From contig JAWUYA010000007.1 in NCBI GenBank assembly GCA_034111045.1, positions 9,134 through 73,133 of the forward strand: DNA of 64,000 bases, read 5' to 3'. This DNA comes from Colwellia sp. (GTDB taxonomy: Bacteria > Pseudomonadota > Gammaproteobacteria > Enterobacterales > Alteromonadaceae). A program made the position numbers and the translations under genes. Shown here one piece after another: positions 61,632 through 64,000 of this stretch (positions are counted from its first letter, which is position 1; every line of letters starts with the position of its first letter). The notes beneath the pieces are model-generated. The model had not been told where the DNA came from and made no database searches. It worked only from the letters and a program-made list of their open reading frames with translations.

Positions 61632-61671
61632 AGATAATAAAGACAAGTATTTTGTTTTTATTATCTGGCTG
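61627..61671. repeat. 15-bp perfect inverted repeat (CAGCCAGATAATAAA-N15-TTTATTATCTGGCTG)
   Basis: It was read directly. The left arm overlaps the ACAG half of the SOS box. Confidence 0.8.
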
Positions 61672-61809
61672 TTGCGCGTTTTAGTTCAATTATTATATCG
61701 CTGAGATACCAGCTTAATTTTCGCATCAATAATACATCTACCTTTGGTGCCATAATCACTAATCAGTCACCTTTTTATCTATTCAGTCAGCTTCTTTATC
61801 AAGTGGTAA

Positions 61810-61837
61810 TTGAATATTGGATTAACTGGGATATAAT
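61810..61837 (+). promoter_or_regulatory. sigma70-type promoter for arfA (TTGAAT-16 nt-TATAAT)
   Basis: Both hexamers were read directly. The -10 element ends 49 nt upstream of the arfA ATG. Confidence 0.5.
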
Positions 61838-61886
61838 ATCACCTCAATATAATCTTAAATGTTGAGATGAAAAGTGAGAATAAAAA

Positions 61887-62072
61887 ATGAATAAAGCTAA
61901 CAGTAAATCATATGTTATTGATATTGGCAGAGGAAATATTAAAGATAATTTTTTAGCGGCATTGGTAACTTCTAAGTTGTATAAGGTGCAACGAGTAAAA
62001 GCCAAAAAGGGAAAAGGTGCTTATCAGCGTAAACCAAAATATAAAGGACTCTGTGAGAGTGTATGCTTGTGA
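61887..62072 (+). CDS. arfA: alternative ribosome-rescue factor ArfA
   Basis: GNIKDNFLAALVTSKLYKVQRVKAKKGKGAYQRK aligns with E. coli ArfA [34 protein letters not shown]. It is 61 aa. Confidence 0.7.
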   Translation: MNKANSKSYVIDIGRGNIKDNFLAALVTSKLYKVQRVKAKKGKGAYQRKPKYKGLCESVCL

Positions 62073-62629
62073 TTTATTTACATTCTAGTGATAGCCATCG
62101 GTTCCCTAAAAGTATTTTTACCCTCACAAATAAATAGAGTGTCTAGTAAAGTCAAGACCATCCATTATTCACTTCAACTATCTTACTAACTGAACAACAG
62201 CAAAGATTACTATCTTCCTCTATATTCAGCATGTAGTTCAGTATTTTTTGCATGCCTAGGATTAGAATAATCTGACTTACCCTAGCCCTGCTATTTTTAA
62301 AGTGCTATCTGTCCAAATCGATTTATTGACTCTGATTGTTGTCGCCCAGGTGTTTACCTAATGGCTCCGGTCTGAACACGTGTTTTACTCGAATAAATAG
62401 TAGATTAGCCACTGTGTTTAAACGTTATGATCGGGTTATATTTTTTAAACTACAGCCCAGATATCTCATGATAGTAAACCGGTTAGATATGAATCAAATG
62501 AACAAGCTTTTGTACTTGATAACATAGTGTTAGAGAAAGGTACCATTGAAGAAGTTATTAGATTATTTAAGGCAAATCACCAATATTATACTCAAGCCGT
62601 TGCCTTCATTATTTACCCAGAAAATATGC

Positions 62630-62714
62630 AAAAAAAAACCGATAGCAAGACTATCGGTGTATTAGCTATGAGGAAGCTAGAATTAAATACTACAACAAGC
62701 ATTCGTTAGGAAAC
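62630..62714 (-). ncRNA. candidate small RNA (about 85 nt) downstream of polA
   Basis: It is bounded by a near-consensus promoter and a strong intrinsic terminator (see the next feature). The terminator is ACCGATAG-tcttg-CTATCGGT plus U9. The 5' end is inferred from promoter spacing only. Confidence 0.4.
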
Positions 62715-62720
62715 GAAAAT

Positions 62721-62750
62721 ATTATAGAGCATCGACTCTAACTGTGTAAA
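62721..62750 (-). promoter_or_regulatory. sigma70-type promoter TTTACA-18 nt-TATAAT for the candidate sRNA
   Basis: The hexamers were read on the minus strand at 62750-62745 and 62726-62721. Confidence 0.45.
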
Positions 62751-62997
62751 GCTAAACTTGTAATTAATTTACATTTAAGTAATTTAATTACATAAATGTG
62801 TCTTACTAGCGGCTGTTCCAGAGTAAAACCAAGAGTAAAATATTGAAAGGTCAACAAGACCAGAAGTTATATGCGCCTGAAAATGCCTATGGCTAACCGT
62901 CGAAAGAAATTGATATAGTTTTATAATATAGCGACCGAAACAAACCTACTGCCGAGCTCTAACTACTCAACACCAGCAAATAACTTGATTGCCGGTT

Positions 62998-64000
62998 TTA
63001 ATGAGCCTGCTCCCAATTATCGCCAATACCTGCTTCAGCAACTAATGGAACACTCAACTCAACAGCATTATTCATCAATTCAACTAATTTAAGTGTTGCT
63101 GCTTCAACAATGTCTTGATGAATTTCAAAAATCAATTCATCGTGCACCTGCATAGTCATAACCACACGGGGATCATTTTTCTCTTCAATCCAATGTGCTA
63201 CTGCCAACATAGCTTTTTTGATTATATCAGCAGCAGTACCTTGCATCGGCGCATTTATCGCTGCACGTTCAGCTCCTTTACGTCGCATCGCATTTTTAGC
63301 GTTAATATCGGGTAAATATAAGCGTCTACCAAACAGTGTTTCAACATAACCCTGCTCAGCCGCTTGTTGCCGAGTATCGTCCATATAGCTTGATACATTA
63401 GGGTAGCGTTCAAAATACTTATCAATGTACTCCTGTGCTTGATGACGACCAATGTTAAGCTGCTTAGCTAAACCAAAGGCCGACATACCATAGATCAAAC
63501 CAAAATTTATTGCTTTAGCACTACGACGTTGATCGCTAGTGACTTCATCTAAGCTAACACCAAACACTTCAGCAGCGGTGGCTTTATGTACGTCTTTTCC
63601 TTCCGAAAATGCAGTAACTAAACCGGGGTCATTACTTAAATGCGCCATAATACGTAATTCTATTTGAGAATAATCAATAGCAACTATTTTATGATTTTTT
63701 GGTGCAATAAAAGCTAAACGAATCTTACGGCCTTCTTCTGAACGAATAGGAATATTTTGTAAGTTTGGATCGGTTGAAGATAATCGCCCTGTGGCAGTAA
63801 CTGCTTGCTGATAAGAGGTATGCACACGATTGGTTTTAGGCTGAACTAACAAAGGCAACTTATCAGTATAGGTTGATTTTAATTTACTTAAACCGCGGTG
63901 TTCAAGAATAATTTTGGGTAGCGGGTAATCTAAAGCTAACTCTTGAAGCACCTCCTCTGCAGTGGATGGCGCGCCTTTAGGTGTTTTTTTAATAACAGGA
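62998..64000 (-). CDS. polA: DNA polymerase I (C-terminal polymerase domain; N-terminus beyond window end)
   Basis: [51 protein letters not shown] and QVHDEL are Pol I motifs A, B and C. The frame stays open upstream of the track Met to the window edge. Confidence 0.97.
   Translation of the reverse strand, partial: PVIKKTPKGAPSTAEEVLQELALDYPLPKIILEHRGLSKLKSTYTDKLPLLVQPKTNRVHTSYQQAVTATGRLSSTDPNLQNIPIRSEEGRKIRLAFIAPKNHKIVAIDYSQIELRIMAHLSNDPGLVTAFSEGKDVHKATAAEVFGVSLDEVTSDQRRSAKAINFGLIYGMSAFGLAKQLNIGRHQAQEYIDKYFERYPNVSSYMDDTRQQAAEQGYVETLFGRRLYLPDINAKNAMRRKGAERAAINAPMQGTAADIIKKAMLAVAHWIEEKNDPRVVMTMQVHDELIFEIHQDIVEAATLKLVELMNNAVELSVPLVAEAGIGDNWEQAH

Noticed and set aside
62613-62702. 29-codon hydrophobic ORF (MLVVVFNSSFLIANTPIVLLSVFFCIFSG) as a type I toxin-like peptide
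   Set aside because: It has no Shine-Dalgarno sequence, the terminator hairpin and U-run lie inside the ORF, and no antisense partner is evident. It is mentioned only as an alternative under the sRNA finding.
62336-62709. Two plus-strand ORFs (63 and 60 aa) in the arfA-polA spacer
   Set aside because: They have TTG/GTG starts, no ribosome-binding site and low-complexity, implausible sequence. The second contains the minus-strand terminator hairpin.
62630-62714. Identification of the polA-downstream unit as Spot 42 (spf)
   Set aside because: The position fits, but I see no resemblance to the conserved Spot 42 5' region as I remember it. It is kept only as an unnamed candidate sRNA.

Overview
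This window is an AT-rich, gene-dense stretch of chromosomal backbone from a gammaproteobacterium. Gene order and protein sequences look like a marine Alteromonadales/Colwelliaceae-type organism, but that is inference because no search was possible.

Main blocks, in order:
- fkpA, slyX, yheV and yheS-yheT-yheU
- cysQ, nudE and yrfG
- a complete Vibrio-type type II secretion operon, gspC to gspN (10.6-22.5 kb, minus strand), next to hslR-hslO
- hupB and RNase P RNA (rnpB, about 26.6-27.0 kb, minus strand)
- a LysR-controlled beta-alanine/malonate-semialdehyde module
- waaA(-kdkA), coaD, mutM, rpmG, rpmB, radC, coaBC and slmA
- tex, greB and dinF
- an aa3-type cytochrome c oxidase operon with its assembly genes (51.4-60.5 kb, minus strand)
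- lexA, arfA and the 3' part of polA

I saw no tRNA, rRNA, CRISPR array, transposase, integrase or phage genes. I did not find a convincing new multi-gene system, and the region reads as ordinary core genome.

Observations most worth a second look:
1. waaA and kdkA form one continuous ORF.
2. A gene-decay patch at 41.9-44.6 kb holds a multi-lesion pepD pseudogene, a response-regulator stub and a porin-like fragment.
3. A strong promoter-terminator unit of about 85 nt sits downstream of polA, where enterics carry spf, but it is unlike Spot 42 in sequence.
4. A short arfA homologue lies next to lexA.
5. A heptamer tandem repeat lies immediately upstream of gspC.
6. A second CxxxC membrane protein lies inside the oxidase assembly cluster.

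All functional calls rest on motifs and by-eye alignment to remembered homologues. No BLAST, HMM or RNA folding was run. Coordinates I derived myself, rather than took from the ORF track, may be off by 1-2 nt.
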